NCBI GenBank assembly: GCA_012295275.1
Contig: CM022670.1
Coordinates: 42,098,001-42,162,000, forward strand
DNA from: Chrysomallon squamiferum
Taxonomy: Eukaryota > Animalia > Mollusca
Length of the DNA stretch: 64,000 bases
Reading direction: 5' to 3'
The notes below the pieces were generated by a model that saw only the letters and a list, made by a program, of their open reading frames with translations, was not told where the DNA came from and did not search any database. Shown piece after piece: positions 18,647 through 32,914 of this stretch (the stretch's first letter is position 1; each line of letters starts with the position of its first letter). The position numbers and the translations under genes are program-made.

Positions 18647-18835
18647 CAGGGCAATCTTAACAGTATTACAGGCCCCACCGGGCAGGCAGTGCACTGAGAC
18701 TGCTACACACCCAACCACGAAATCTTTAATGACACCAAACCGTAGCTTTTGTGGACTCTATGGGTCCCTAAATCAGCGCAGCCAGTAGACGAGTGAGGCA
18801 ACTGCCTAAAGTGCCTAACCCTTAAAACGGCACTG
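18647..18835. mobile_element. Possible old hAT-type MITE upstream of paralog A
   Basis: GC-rich island with imperfect terminal inverted repeats CAGGGCAATCTTAA ... TTAAAACGGCACTG. No target-site duplication seen. Confidence 0.3.
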
Positions 18836-19103
18836 CTCTAAAACCAGACTAATTACTAGGCGGACAAATGACTTTAAAGTTGTCATTAGGGATGTTTTGT
18901 TACGATATCTGTGTCACGGCGGAAGTAGTTTTGCTCGAGTTCGATGTATGATTGATGGTCTGTTACACAAAATGACACGGTGAAGAAAACTATCAATCTC
19001 CGTCGAGTACTTAGCAGTGTGAACCAAACCCTGGTTACTCGCTACTTAAATACCACCCAGCACACATTTCAGTTCCAGAGCGGACAAGGTTAGTGAGAAT
19101 CAC

Positions 19104-19578
19104 ATGATGGTTGGTTTTGTGATTTTTGTTATTGCCGTTCTCGGCGCCACTCGCGCCCAGTTTAGGCCCAATCTGATGAACGGCGCTTGGGGAAACAACG
19201 GATTAGCAGGATTAGCGAATGTCAACAACAGAAGATTATGGGGCGCTAACACCCCAGGAACCGTGATGGGAAATCAACAAAGTAAGTCAAACTTTAAAAC
19301 GTAATCGTCTTCATGTATTGTCGTTTTGCCATTCTTTTAACAGAGTTAAATATACATGTCAATTATATATTAATTATTTCAGCAGATCATTTGTTGCAAT
19401 ATGATTTTATTAAATATTTGTTCTACATATGTACTTTATTATTATTGTTTTGTAACTGATCAACGAGAAAAGAAAAACAGATGAAAAGAAAAGTAATAAG
19501 ATGATATAAAATAAAGAATAATAATGAAAATTAAACATAAAAATAACAATTAAATATCTATCTATCTATGTCTGTCTT

Positions 19579-19609
<31 letters not shown>

Positions 19610-21866
19610 GTCTATCTGTCTCTTTATCTATCTATACATACATACATATATGCATACATACATACATACATACATACATATACATCGAAAACCACCGCCC
19701 CAAAAAAACAACAACGAAAAACAACCAAAATAAAAAAAATATTGTGACTACTTTCAAAAAGGTAAAATACTGAGTTATGTAAACAATAAATGTAATTTAT
19801 TACCAGTTATATAGAAAACTCTATATGGATATCTATAAAATGTTATAACTTTGTTATATGAAACGGCGGGTTTCTAACAGTGAAAAAATAACTCGGTGAA
19901 TTTTTGATAATGTAATCTAAAATTTAAATTAAAAAAAAACAACAAAAAAAAACAGCAACAGTTATAGCAACATTAAAATTAATATTTGAAAAATAACAGC
20001 TGCATTATTGTTATTATTATTAGTGTTGTTGTTGTTGTTGTTGTGTTTTTGTTGTTTATGCTGCTCTCATTCTGATACAAGTTTTTATATATATATTTCA
20101 GTTATACTGTAGTTTGTTTAAATATAATACTTTGAATTTATAAGAGTTACAATAAATTTACTTCTACAGAGATAGAAATATTCAGTCGGTTTTACATAAT
20201 ATTACTGCAATATGCTGAATCCTATCACAAAACGAACATATTGTGGATGTTGTGACGTGGCCATATTGTGTCTGACGTCATCACTTTTATATTGCTATAT
20301 TGTGTATGTTGTTCTATATTTTGTCAGATATCTATTAACTAAAACATATCTGAGTGTTTATGAGGAGTAGTCGGTGTTGTTTGATGTATCAACGTTGTAG
20401 TTGTTGTTGTAATGAACTATTCAGTTGTGTATTTTTTTCAGACACACAGTACATCACTTGCATCGGGAAAAATACAGCAGGAGATCAGATGCGAGTTACC
20501 ATTCAAAATGGAGTAAGCAAATACGTGTTTTTATTTATCATGATTAAATACGTGTTTATATTTAAATATATATTTTTTTATTTAACATTAGTAAATACGT
20601 TTTTTATTCATCATTAATAAATTCGTGTTTTTATTTAACATCAGTAATTTTGTTTTGTAAATTAACATAATAAATACTTGTTTTTATTTAACATTAACAA
20701 ATACGTATTTTTATTTAAAATTAATAAATACGTTTCTTTTAATTTAACATCAATAAATTCGTGTTTTTACTTAACATTATAAATACGTTTTGTATTCAAC
20801 ATTAAAAAGGTTTTTATTTAACATCAGCAAATACGTGATTTTATTTAAGATTAGTAAATACGTGTTTTAATTTAATATCAGTAAATACGTGTTTTTATTT
20901 AACATTAGTAAATACGTGTTTTAATTTAACATTAGCAAATACGTGTTTTTATTTAACATCAGTAAATACGTGTTTTTATTTAACATCAGTAAATACGTGT
21001 TCTTTTTAACATCAGTATATAAGTGATATATCTAACACGAGTAAATACTTTTACATTTAACATTAGTAAATGCGTGTTATATTTAATGTAAGTAAATACT
21101 GTTACAGTTATCATTAGTAAATACCTGCTATATTATTTTAATCACCTGTGATTAGTAAATACGAGTTTTATGTGATATTTAAGATTAGTAAATACGAGTT
21201 TTATCTACCACGTAACATTAGTAAATATGAGTTTTGTTTAACATGTCACATTAGTAAATACAGTACAAAAATAGTTATGATTAACACGGCAGATTGTTAA
21301 AAACATCATATTTGTAACTTTAGCATTGTAGTGCTTGTGAAAAAAACCCAATGTTTATTACTCAGGGATTTATCACCTGTCAACAAATGACACGTAAATT
21401 ATACCGTTTACTTCTATATCACTTATTATGCATCCATTTATTTTTAAATGTATTACCTATCAGTCTGTCTGTATTTCTGTCTGTCTAGATAAGGGGATAC
21501 AAAATTCATCCGACTGTTTTTGAATATCTTTCTGCTTGTCTCTAAATCAGTTTTTAATTTCTGTTGTTGCCTCTCTCTGTCTACCTGACTGTCTCTCCAT
21601 AACATATATTTTAATTTATATCTATCTCTGTTTTCTTTTCATATACATATATATATATATATCAAGATATTTTATAAGTAATAGTTTCATAGATAATGTT
21701 ATCATTCATTCTGTGTTTATCAATTTATTAACTATATAATATAAACTATAAATTATATAAAATTATTCTACAAATACATTCTTTGTTGTCAGTTTGATGA
21801 ACAATGACTGATAAAAAGAAAAGTATGCAAATAGGGTGTGTGTCTCTGCGTCAGTGTGCATGTCTT

Positions 21867-21930
<64 letters not shown>

Positions 21931-22961
21931 TGTGTGTGTGTCATGTTAGATTTTTCCTGGGTGTACATTAAGAAGAACGAACAAAACTTGTGTTGTCACA
22001 TAGATTTATCAAAATATATTTTCTAGCAGCAGACACAGCAGAATTTCTTTAATCCCTTCATGAGGCCAACTCAGAGTCAAATCATCAAAATGGAGGCAAG
22101 GATTATGATCAGCCCCAGTTCACAGACGTCTGGCCAGTTCCAGATAGTCATCACAGAAAACAGTCGCGTGGAAGACGGGTGTCTTGGCAGGTACCTGGGC
22201 AGAATCATCGACAACAGGCCCTGGTGGATAACCACAGCGAATCAAGAGTAAATATTTTCTAAATAATAATCATATAGAAAGTGTTAGCAAGAATTTTCAT
22301 AAAAAATACTCAGATATATAGTGTCATCAAAATATTGTATAAATAATAGTTATATAGATAGTTTAATCAAGATATTTTATAAATAATAGTTATTTAGTGT
22401 TAACTAGATAAATATTTTTGAAATAATTATCATACAGACTGTACTATCTAGATATTTTTATCAGATAAGACGAATCGTTTGTTTATAGAGAAAAATAAAC
22501 AAAGTTGTCATTTGGTTTATTCTTTTGATATTATTTAGCTGTATTATTAGATTAAAGTAGGCATCTGTATTACACAAACTACATTTACGTCTTTGATTTT
22601 TTTTGTCTCACATTACTTACCATTATACATCAGTTCTTGTGTATATTAATATGATGCTGAATAACTTAATTTCAACATCATAACATTTTAACTGCTACTA
22701 CGGCTACAGCAAAAAGTACGACAATATCTACTGCCACAATAAATATTAAGAACTATTGTAGTGATGGTGTTGGTAATGGTAGCAGTTGTTGTAAATGTAG
22801 CAGTAGTAGTAGTAGTGATGGGACTAGTAGTAATTACGGTGGTAAAAAGAGTGTACAGGTATTGATTCTTTCTATTACTGTTGTGATGATGCTGTCACTG
22901 ATGGCGATGTTACTGGACATCGTATTTTCATTAATAGTATCACCACCTCCATTGTCCTCTT

Positions 22962-23023
<62 letters not shown>

Positions 23024-23768
23024 TTATTATTATTATTATTATTATTATATTTTGTTGTTGTTGTTGTTATTATTAGCATTGTTATTATTACTGGGTTTTG
23101 TGGTTGTTTTTTTTTTGCAATTGTTACAGTAATTGTTAATCTGTTCTAGAACTGGTATCATTGGACGCCCATTCTCCCTATCACCTGGTCACGTGGCCAG
23201 TACGTCAGAAATCATCGAAGGTTTCAACAGCATCTTTGATGCTAACGGACGAGGAATTGCAGTAAGTAGAAATCACTATTTTACTGAGAATACTTTATTT
23301 TTAGTAAAGTATCATCACCAGGATGATCACTGTTACATTTTCTGTACAATTAAATTTGTTATTTTGTTCATAATTCATTCATTCGTGGTATGGTTAATGT
23401 GTTACAGTAACTATAAAACTGTTGTCCTTTTTAATCGTTAATTTAACTGATAATTAATTTTTAACAACTTGTGCTTATTTATTTGTTTTTGTCTTATTCA
23501 GCTTTGTCCATCGAGTAGTATCAGAAACGGGAGGTGCGTGGACGACCCAGGCGCCATGATTCCCATGTGTTGTAAAGCTGGTTTGGACAGAATCCCGGCC
23601 ACCACACCCATTCCTCAGACTCAGTTCGGACAGCAAGGAAATTTCAACAACGTCAACACCATGGGAACGATGATGCCAAACACAGGAACCCGTCTGCCTA
23701 CCAACAACGCAGGACTGACTGGACAAACCGGAAATGGAGACCTCAGCAATCTCTTTGGCAGACGTTAA
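19104..23768 (+). CDS. Secreted SOD-fold-like protein, paralog A (about 282 aa): Gly/Asn-rich arm, six-Cys domain, Gln/Asn/Thr/Gly-rich tail
   Basis: Exons 19104-19281, 20442-20512, 22027-22247, 23150-23261 and 23502-23768 total 849 nt with intron phases 1,0,2,0. Signal peptide MMVGFVIFVIAVLGATRA. Domain motifs YITC ... FQIVITENSRVEDGCLGRYLGRII ... DANGRGIALC ... GRC ... IPMCCKAG. AATAAA at 23851. The gene structure is well supported; the SOD fold is inferred. Confidence 0.82.
20515..21262. repeat. About 27-bp intronic minisatellite
   Basis: Degenerate tandem copies of TTAACAT(C/T)AGTAAATACGTGTTTTTAT starting right after the exon-2 donor of paralog A. Confidence 0.8.
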
Positions 23769-24276
23769 TTTCTGTTTGCTTGCAGAATCAAACAGACGTA
23801 TTTTTCAAAAATTAATCCACTCATTAGTAATCTTTTCATTTTGACATGTAAATAAAATTAAAAAAAAAAATTGAAAAACAAATTACATCTTTACATCACT
23901 AGGAAAACACATGACATGAAAGAAGAGAACAAAACATCCAGAATTAAATTAAAATACCATTACCATTCAGTGTTGTTATTTCTAGCATTTTGTTTATTAT
24001 TAGTACTTTTTAAAATTAGTTTGTTGTTGTTGTTATTATTAATATTATCACCGTTGTTACTGTTACAATTACTTCAGAATTATGCGAGTTAAATGTCACA
24101 ATACAAATCTGTATTTAAGTATATTCTCTAAATTATAATTTTATTCTTTTTTCCCAACTGATTATGAAATATAATTCGTTATACTTTATACAATATTAAA
24201 TTTGTTCGGGAATTCCTCACCTTACATTAATAAGTAAGTAAGTAAATAAATCAATCAATTATCAAACAAAAAGCCT

Positions 24277-25330
24277 GTGAAAACTTTGAGGGCAGCGATG
24301 AATAAATACAAAATCGATGCCACCCTTATCCGAGTCATCAATCAACTCAACGAGAAAGCAGTTGTTTTCAACAGCTGGATAGGAAACTGGTTGCGAACAA
24401 CAGTTAGAATACGACAGGGATGTCCACCCTCACCCACACTCTTCAGTACATTTATGGAAAAATTATAACACACGACTTAGAAGATGACATAGACACTGTT
24501 AGCATTGTGTAATTGTTTTCTTTCAACACGAACTATCTGACAATGTTTTTTGTTTTGTTTTATTTTGTACTTTCATTTTTCTTCTTAATTCAAAATTGCA
24601 ATAAATAAATAATAATAAAGTAAAATAAAAGGGTAGATAATGAATATATTCAGATGTGGATGACAAACACAGGTAGACACACTTAAAAAAAAGGCAACAA
24701 ATAGAGAAGCAGTGAGTCCGTCTTGATGAGCAGGAGAGAAAGAATATCTGACAAAATTAGTTAATTGTCTCGATTCAGCCGAAATACCAAGCGATTACAA
24801 ACAACACCAGCGGCATCAACTCAGAGATTAAAATAAATTAACTCAGGCCTGAGACACGAACAAGCTTCAAGTACTTGAGTTTGGTTACTGTTGAAGAGTG
24901 TACCAAGCCCGTAATACTCTACAAGATAGAACAGATAAGGCTGAAACTACTTCGGAATGACAGAAGTATATTTCTCATTTCTAAGATTAGAATAAAGTGA
25001 ACTTTTTCCTCTATACGTATGAATCAGGGACCTTTACAGAAGAGTTTCAAGAAGAATACAAGCGATGGAAATGAGCTGAAACAGGAAAGTGCTAACATAC
25101 AAAGACCGTGTTATCAACGAGGAAATCTGCACCAAGACCCGGTAGCTCTGGAGGACAGGAAGACATCCTGACTATCGTAAAGAGACGCAAACTGCAGACA
25201 TGTCTTCCGTTCACCAGTCTGACTACAACCGTCTCGCCAGACGTTGTGAACGACGAGGCAGACTGAAGACAACGTGGGAAGACAGCACCAGAGAATGCTC
25301 ACATCTGGAGTTCGCCAAGTCACAGATGAT
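24277..25330 (+). mobile_element. Decayed RTE-type LINE fragment (reverse transcriptase region)
   Basis: LRAAMNKYKIDATLIRVINQL...WLRTTVRIRQGCPPSPTLFSTFME contains the RT motif G(V/I)RQGCxLSPxLF. Remnants further downstream (SFKYL, LYTYES) are disrupted. Confidence 0.75.
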
Positions 25331-27225
25331 AGAAGAAAGGAAATGAGGTGGTAAAATGAATGATCCATGATGTTCAAATGATTCTTGCTGTCAAAAGATG
25401 AGTGAAATGATGAAGTTATGTCGTCTGTTACAAAATAAAAGATTTTATTAAAACATTTCAGTTGAGTATCCACTGATGTATATATCACGATTGCTTTTAA
25501 ATTCATTACTGGCAGATTGAAAACATTAATTAAGATATTTTGATTGGTATCAGTTAAAGTAACTTTTATATTGATGATATATTTCACTCTTAATTCTGTA
25601 ATTTGTTACGATTTGTCTCAGGGCGCTATCTATGACAGGTCAAATTAATTAATGATATAAAGATTAAACTACAAGGACGAATTTAGTTTGAGGGTATCCT
25701 GCAGAAAACCCTCTTCCGGCTACATGGTACTGTACCTAACTTTTGAGAAATACTTAGTGACTACTTTTATTAAACTTTTGTTATGTTACTTTCTTCAGAA
25801 ACTTTATATAAAATATGGATAATTAATTCTGCATTGAAAACAAAGAAAGCACTGCTTTAATTAATTTACTTCTTTTTATTACGCTATAATCAGAAAGGAG
25901 AGCTGCATAAATTATATGCAAATAACGTAAAAAGATTAATTTCAGTAAGTTAATAAATAATATGTATAGGTTATAGGTCAGGAAATAAATGTGATGGAGA
26001 GCTGTGCTGTTGTCTCAATTCATTCGCATTGGTATGATTCATTCAACTAAAATGTAACTTTAATTTCACTTCCTGTGTTTGGGTTTCGAGAAACAGGTGA
26101 TAAAGCTTTGGGCTATCAATCAGTGTGTGACGTCCACTTCCTGGAGACGCCTCCTGATGGTCATTAACATTAATGTCTATTATTATCAAATAGTTTATTT
26201 CGTTTGATTTTTTTCTCTCAAGTCATTAACCACTTTAATAAAAATCATAAAAGCATTTCATAATTTATATGTTATCAATAGTTTGATTAAAATATATATA
26301 GGTTTTGTGCAGGTATAATAATAATAATAATAATGAGGATGATGATAATGATAATAATAACGTGTTAACAAAAAAAACAGAAAATGTATACAACAACAAG
26401 AAAACAAAAAGAGAAAGAAAAAAAGCAGCATAACATTTAAATCATATAAGAAGTTGCAACACATATTGTTAACATGTATACTCCATGTTTGAAAAATAGA
26501 AAATACAAAAACCATTTTGCCAGTTTTTCATTTACAGGCTATGATCCCTTATCCTAAATGCTCGAGACTGGACATTTCATCAGATATGCTATAAAATATG
26601 ATGAATGTCTAAATACGAAACTGATTAATATTTCGTAAATAGTTTTCACAAATAATCTACAGGTATTTTATATAATATTTTTAATAAATATCGTCATGAA
26701 ATAAGGTTTGAAATCCCTCGTTTATCAGACAGCTATAGACTATCTCGGCTCTCGATACAGTTTCGGATTTCGGATCCTTAACCTGTAATATGGAGCATCA
26801 GTAAAACTCTTATATTCACAATAGCAATAAATAAATACATGGAGAGAGAGATAAATATACTGAGATGCGGACACATAGATCAGGAACATAAACAGTGAAT
26901 CGTCATGACTGGGGGAGACAACTGCGTTGTTCATCAAATGATATCTCTCATTAAACAAGGAAGATAACTCGTTATGAACTATGTATACAGACTGATGTAA
27001 ACTTGAGTTAGAATTTCACTGTAGCCCTGTCTGGTTCACCTTACAATAGCAATACTTGGAATACGTATATGAAATTGTAGGTGCAGTAAACATTACTATT
27101 ATAACATGCAGTTAGAGGTAACAACTGTTAAATATATGAAATATGATGTAAGGTGAACAGACTGGTAATTACTTTAAAAATACTGAAACATTACTAGAAA
27201 ATACATATCAGTGGGGACGTTTTCG

Positions 27226-27272
<47 letters not shown>

Positions 27273-27749
27273 AAATACTATGGGACATAAATCTGCTGAA
27301 CCTATTAGAAACAAAAAGACGCAATTATCTCCCTTAAACTGAAAATTGGAAGTTTGCAGAAACTATTACACAAAACCTGTTTATGTAATTATAGGAGTGT
27401 TTACTTATGCTATCCATATGTCCAAATTCCGATATATTTATCTATCTTCTCAATTCATTTATTTATTATTTAATGCAGTGATGAATGTAAAACGTTAACA
27501 AAAGTTTGTATTAAAAGACAAGAGGCAGATTTGGTTTTGTAATAATAAAACGAATTAGGTAACAAAATTATCTCAATACCGACATTTCATTCTTTCACAG
27601 GTAGACTTGTGACACCCTTGTATTCCTGGCAGCCTGAGGTTGTTTTTTGTTTTTGTTTTTTTTCTGACAATACAAGAAGAATCTCGAAAACAAATTGGTC
27701 CATGTGATACATCACAATAGAAAAGTATTACATACTACACTAATTTCAG

Positions 27750-28830
27750 TCCATTTCAAATTTGTTAGATAGTCCAGTAATTTCAGTACTTACCATTTGA
27801 AATTATTTTAGAAAGTCCAGTAATTTCAGTACTTACCATTTCAAATTATGTTATAGTCCAGTAACTTCAGTATTTACCATTTCAAATTATGTTATAGTCC
27901 AGTAACTTCAGTATTTACCATTTCAAATTATGTTATAGTCCAGTAATTGTCTATTTACCATTTCAGATGTTATTAAACAATGCAGTAATTTCTGTATTTG
28001 TCACAACAAATATTATTAAACAGTGCAGTAATCTCTGTATTGACCATTTCAAATAGCATTAAATAAGCTCAGTAATTTCTGTATTTGTTATTTCAAACAG
28101 TATTAAACAATGCAGTAATTTCTGTATTTACCATATCAGATATTATTAAACAGTGCAGTCATTTCTGTATTTATCATTTCAAACAGTATTAAACAGTGCA
28201 GTCATTTCTGTATTTATCATTTCAAATATTATTAAACAGTGCAGTAATTTTTGTATTTATCATTTCAAATAGTACTAAACATTGCAGTAACTTCTGTATT
28301 TATTATTTCAAATATTATTAAACAGTGCAGAAATTTCTGTATTTATCATTTCAAATAGTATTAAACATTGCAATAACTTCTGTATTTATCATTTCAAACA
28401 GTATTAAACAGTGCAGTAATTTCTAAATTTATCATTTCTGTATTTATCATTTCAAATAGTACTAAACATTGCAATAACTTCTATAGTTATCATTTCAAAC
28501 AGTATTAAACAGTTCAGTAATTTCTGTATTTATCATTTCAAATACTATTAAACAGTGCAGTTATTTCTGTATTTGTGATTTCAAATAGTAGTAAACAGTG
28601 CAGTAATTTCTGTATTTGTGATTTCAAATACTATTAAACAGTGCAGTAATTTCTGTATTTGTGATTTCAAATATTGTTAAACAGTGCAGTAATTTCTGTA
28701 TTTGTGATTTCAAATAGTATTAAACAGTGCAGTAATTTCTGTATTTGTCGTTTCAAATAGTATTAAACAGTGCAGTAATTTCTGTATTTCTTATTTCAAG
28801 TAATATTAGACTATTTGAAATAGTATTAGA
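27750..28830. repeat. 43-bp minisatellite, over 20 degenerate copies, downstream of SMIM15
   Basis: Unit approximately CATTTCAAATAGTATTAAACAGTGCAGTAATTTCTGTATTTAT; period 43 measured at 28158/28201/28244. Shorter variants of about 41 bp occur at the left end. Confidence 0.9.
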
Positions 28831-29043
28831 CAACTCAGTAATTGCTATATTAACTATACGTTGATTATGAGATTAAAAATGTCTATGCATAGACACAAAT
28901 AAATGAAATTCTATAACAAGAAGAAAAAGACTACAAAAATGAATTTATTTTTGAAAGTAACTGAGTGTTGATTTTATACATGATTTACACTGAGAATGTC
29001 TGATAAAAAAAACTCAGTAGCTGTACAGAGAAGAAAAAATATT

Positions 29044-29076
<33 letters not shown>

Positions 29077-29172
29077 TATATACATGTATATAAATATTCA
29101 CACAGCATAAAGACAAGTCAATCAGTACTTATATATACATGTATATGAATATTCGCACTGCATAAAGCCAAG

Positions 29173-29409
29173 TCAATCAGTTTTGTGGCGTCTGGTTTTC
29201 GCCATGTTGGCTTCTCTTCTGGATTTCTTTTTTTTATCTTTCTCCTTCGACTCTATCTGTTTAGCAAGTGTCCATGCAAGGTAAGCGCTAATGAGGAACA
29301 GGGGGGATAAACAGAGGAGAACGTAGTAGATAAACTGCCAGGGATTTTGTGCAGCCCAGATCAGCAGACTTTTCAGCATTTCATTCCAGTCCCAGCCAAA
29401 GAGTGTCAT
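29173..29409 (-). CDS. SMIM15: Small integral membrane protein 15, 78 aa
   Basis: MTLFGWDWNEMLKSLLIWAAQNPWQFIYYVLLCLSPLFLISAYLAWTLAKQIESKEKDKKKKSRREANMAKTRRHKTD matches the recalled SMIM15 pattern (WAAxxP, one TM helix with LxPLFL, basic tail). Acceptor TTTCAG at 29437-29438 precedes the ATG. Confidence 0.9.
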   Translation of the reverse strand: MTLFGWDWNEMLKSLLIWAAQNPWQFIYYVLLCLSPLFLISAYLAWTLAKQIESKEKDKKKKSRREANMAKTRRHKTD

Positions 29410-29616
29410 GTTGCCGTGGGAATGTAGGAGGACAGGCTGAAACAAATACTTGTCTTTAATAACAGTGATTATTCTGTGTTACACAAATTAGCCTGTCACA
29501 TCAAACATAACATACATAAATACGGCCTGCTACTTTAATTAATCAAACATTTAAAAAAAAAAATTATTTAGGAATGTTGGATACTTGTTATAATTTATAC
29601 TTAAATAATAAAGAGA

Positions 29617-29658
<42 letters not shown>

Positions 29659-31132
29659 TCCTTCTTTTTTTTTCTTTTTTCTTTTTTTTCAATTTTTCTG
29701 GTTTCTTTTCAATAAATAAGAGATTTTTCATTTTGGGATGTAGTATAACAACAACAATAATAATAATTTTGTCGTTGACTAATGTAACTAAACACTACAG
29801 CAATACATATATCTACTGTCCAGTGGTATAAGTACATGTATAATTAAATCGGTTATAGCTGAAATAAAGAATTAATAATTATGACTCAGCATGTACGAAA
29901 CATTTACCATGTAACTTGTAAGTCATTCAAAATGTAGAATTTCTTCAAATATATGCCTAGCGATTACATCAAATACATTATTAATGATTAAAAAGAAATT
30001 AAACATTTCTTTGTTGGAAAATAATATAATGAAGAAAAAAAATAAACTCTACGAAGTGTACATTTAATGGTTTATCGAAAATAATGCGTTTTTTACAAAG
30101 ATGCAATGTTGATTTTACTATTATTATTATTAAAAGTGAATGGCTGAATAATCGGAGTGTTAAAATGACAGTTGATTCACCTTACAACGAATTCCTTGGG
30201 CCGGATCAGTGGAGCCCAAACTAATTTTTAAACTAAATCTTCCGATTTCTAGATCATCACTAAACTTGATTCAAGGGAGGTAATTCTAATAAATGGTTTA
30301 TGTTAGTCTTGATTTCATGTATCTAATTCAATGTTATTGATAAACAAGACTTGAGACAAGCGAAAGTAGGACTAGTATCAGGTATGACTTATTTTTTCTG
30401 AAGATTTATTACGTACGATGTTTAGGGACGTTTGTAACGTTGTGAAAGAATTTTTTTTTATAATAATAAAAGTGGAATTTCCTTGTTACATTTTAAAGGC
30501 AAACGAGTTACTGAATGCGGACCTCCAGAGATTCAGTTCATCTACGAGGTAAATATTTCAAATATTTTATGGTTCAGTTGTTGTTGTTTTAAATTTATTT
30601 TTAACTAATTTGTTTTAAAATTGTAACATTAATAGTAATTGCAACATGATGGACGTCTGGTAATATTCAAGACGCAGTCGTAAATTCAAATATAAAATAT
30701 TTGTTGCAATATTTCTATGATTTGTTGTTTTAACGCTAGAAAAAAAAAAAAAAAAAAAAAAAAAATTCACGTTATAGTATTTATTTTAAATCATTGAAGG
30801 TACGTACGAATAAACGAAGTTTTTATTTATTTATTTATTTTATGCTTGTCAAATCGATCAGGTTATAAATCTTTTTGTGATACCAGCGTATCATGGAAGA
30901 TTAATTCAAATGTTTATTTTAAATCACTGGAGATAACTAGGAAGGAAGTTTCTTTTTTCTTTTTTTTTTGTTTTTTTTTTTTTATATTTATTTATTTATT
31001 TATTTATATACGTTTTAGAATCATTTTTATTTTTTAGTCTAATTTCGGTTATATAAATCGCACGAAACTAAGTAATTGGCTGCAGAAGTTGTTTTATTAA
31101 TAAAATTCAGTCATCAACAGTTTATAAACATT

Positions 31133-31167
<35 letters not shown>

Positions 31168-31485
31168 TAAAAATGGTACGTTCTATTACATTTCGTACTA
31201 CCTTCCCTTGAGTTACTGAAAAAAGGAGGTTCTTCTTTAAAGTGATATAATAAGATATTATTTGCTATCTGACAACCTAGAACTCGACATGTAGTATTTT
31301 AATTGATCTAGAGTCAAAACAACAAAACATAGAAAAGTTCTGAGAAAAGTTGTTACTTGTATTAGGTTTAATACCACAGAAAGCTGATATGTTAGATATC
31401 AAAAGATTAAACATTCGTATCTCAATTTCTTTTCCTTTTCTTCTTCTTTTTCAGATTTCCTTATGTGAAAGTGATAAATAAATAA

Positions 31486-31786
31486 TACAAATGTTTTGAA
31501 TGTGACCAATACTTTTTCTGACAACACAAACCAAAGGAGACACGAAAAGTCAGGCAAGCGACTTCGATCCTGGGATTGGCAGAAACAAGCTCTGTACATT
31601 AATGAAGAAAATGTCAGTTGGAAGGCAACAGATTTTATGTCTTTGCCTGGACAGAATAAAGCAGTATCTTGTGTAAATAAATCATCAGTGAAAGCTTGCA
31701 CATCGCAGACTTACAAGTGTCCATCTTGTTTTCAGTCATTTGCTGACATTGGTCGAAATGTTGGAAAATACTACAGAAAACAGTGA
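31486..31786 (+). pseudogene. Deleted, inverted partial copy of the 955-aa zinc-finger gene
   Basis: A frameshifted remnant of finger 10 (YKCFECDQ), then about 160 nt nearly identical to the reverse complement of 12410-12572 (SGKRLR.WDWQKQALYINEENVSW...CTSQT), fused directly to the last finger (YKCPSCFQSFAD, source about 10755-10791). Confidence 0.85.
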
Positions 31787-31965
31787 AACTTCTAAGTTCA
31801 GTTAACAGTTAATATTTTGTACTTAAACACATCGATAAAACCTCAGAAAGATCTAGTCTGTGTAAAATTATTAAATAATATGTGTCAGTTTTGATTATCG
31901 TACATCAAACATAGATAGTTAGTATGCTTTACATAAAAATAAAATAATAATAATAATAGTAATAA

Positions 31966-32020
<55 letters not shown>

Positions 32021-32914
32021 ACAAAATATAAAAAAGATATAACAAAACAGAACAAAAAATAATTTAAAAATGTTGGCATAGTTAATGGAAGAAACAAAAT
32101 GGGTTAAAACAAAAATGTTCGATTTAAACCTCTCTATAACGCCATCCGTGTCTTTCACTGAGTTTTAGACGTTTGACTACTCATTGTTTTAATTCAACAT
32201 TTTGCTGGAAACAGAGGAAATATGGCTGATAACTTACCATCAGTAATTATATTCGCAAACCGCAGAGGAAATTAACTGGGATCTACCAAAAATGTTTTTA
32301 AGTTGGAACCTTTGATATTTTCCATTTGGTGCAATTAGGTCAGTACGTGTTGGTGTTTATACGTCATCAAACGTTCACTCAGTTGATGTTTGGTAACACA
32401 AGTCACGTGTCACTGGAGGACCGTTCACGAACTGTTACGTAACTCAAAGTTTTTATTTCTTCTAACAGTTTTATTATTTTTAATCTTTAATACATCCAAC
32501 AAAAAAGTAATGAAACTTAAGTAATTTTATAAATAAAAATGTTAATCAGCTCTGAAAAGAAACACCCAAACCCTTTCAATCCTGTTCTGTACTGCAAAAC
32601 AAAACGCAATCTTGCACTGAATTCCTGAGATCAGTGAATTCAAAATAAACATCGTCACGTAGTCAGTCCTTCAAGAAAACAACAATTTGACGTAAACGGT
32701 TCAAGATTGGCAATTTTTTCTCTCTTGAATTCGATCGTTAATTGTTACCTGCTTACTGAACAAAGGAAATAAAGAGGTGTGTAACTCAGCATACGTTTTG
32801 TTGTTTTTCCACGACCACTGGACAAGCACTCGACCAGTTTCGTAATTGTAGTAATTCTTAATCTCAGAAACTTGTTACGACACTGTGTGAACTAAATATC
32901 AATATTAAGAGTGA

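Noticed and set aside
29095-29180. Duplication of about 55 bp covering the SMIM15 stop codon region
   Set aside because: Real but trivial: the second copy lies in the 3' UTR and does not alter the protein.
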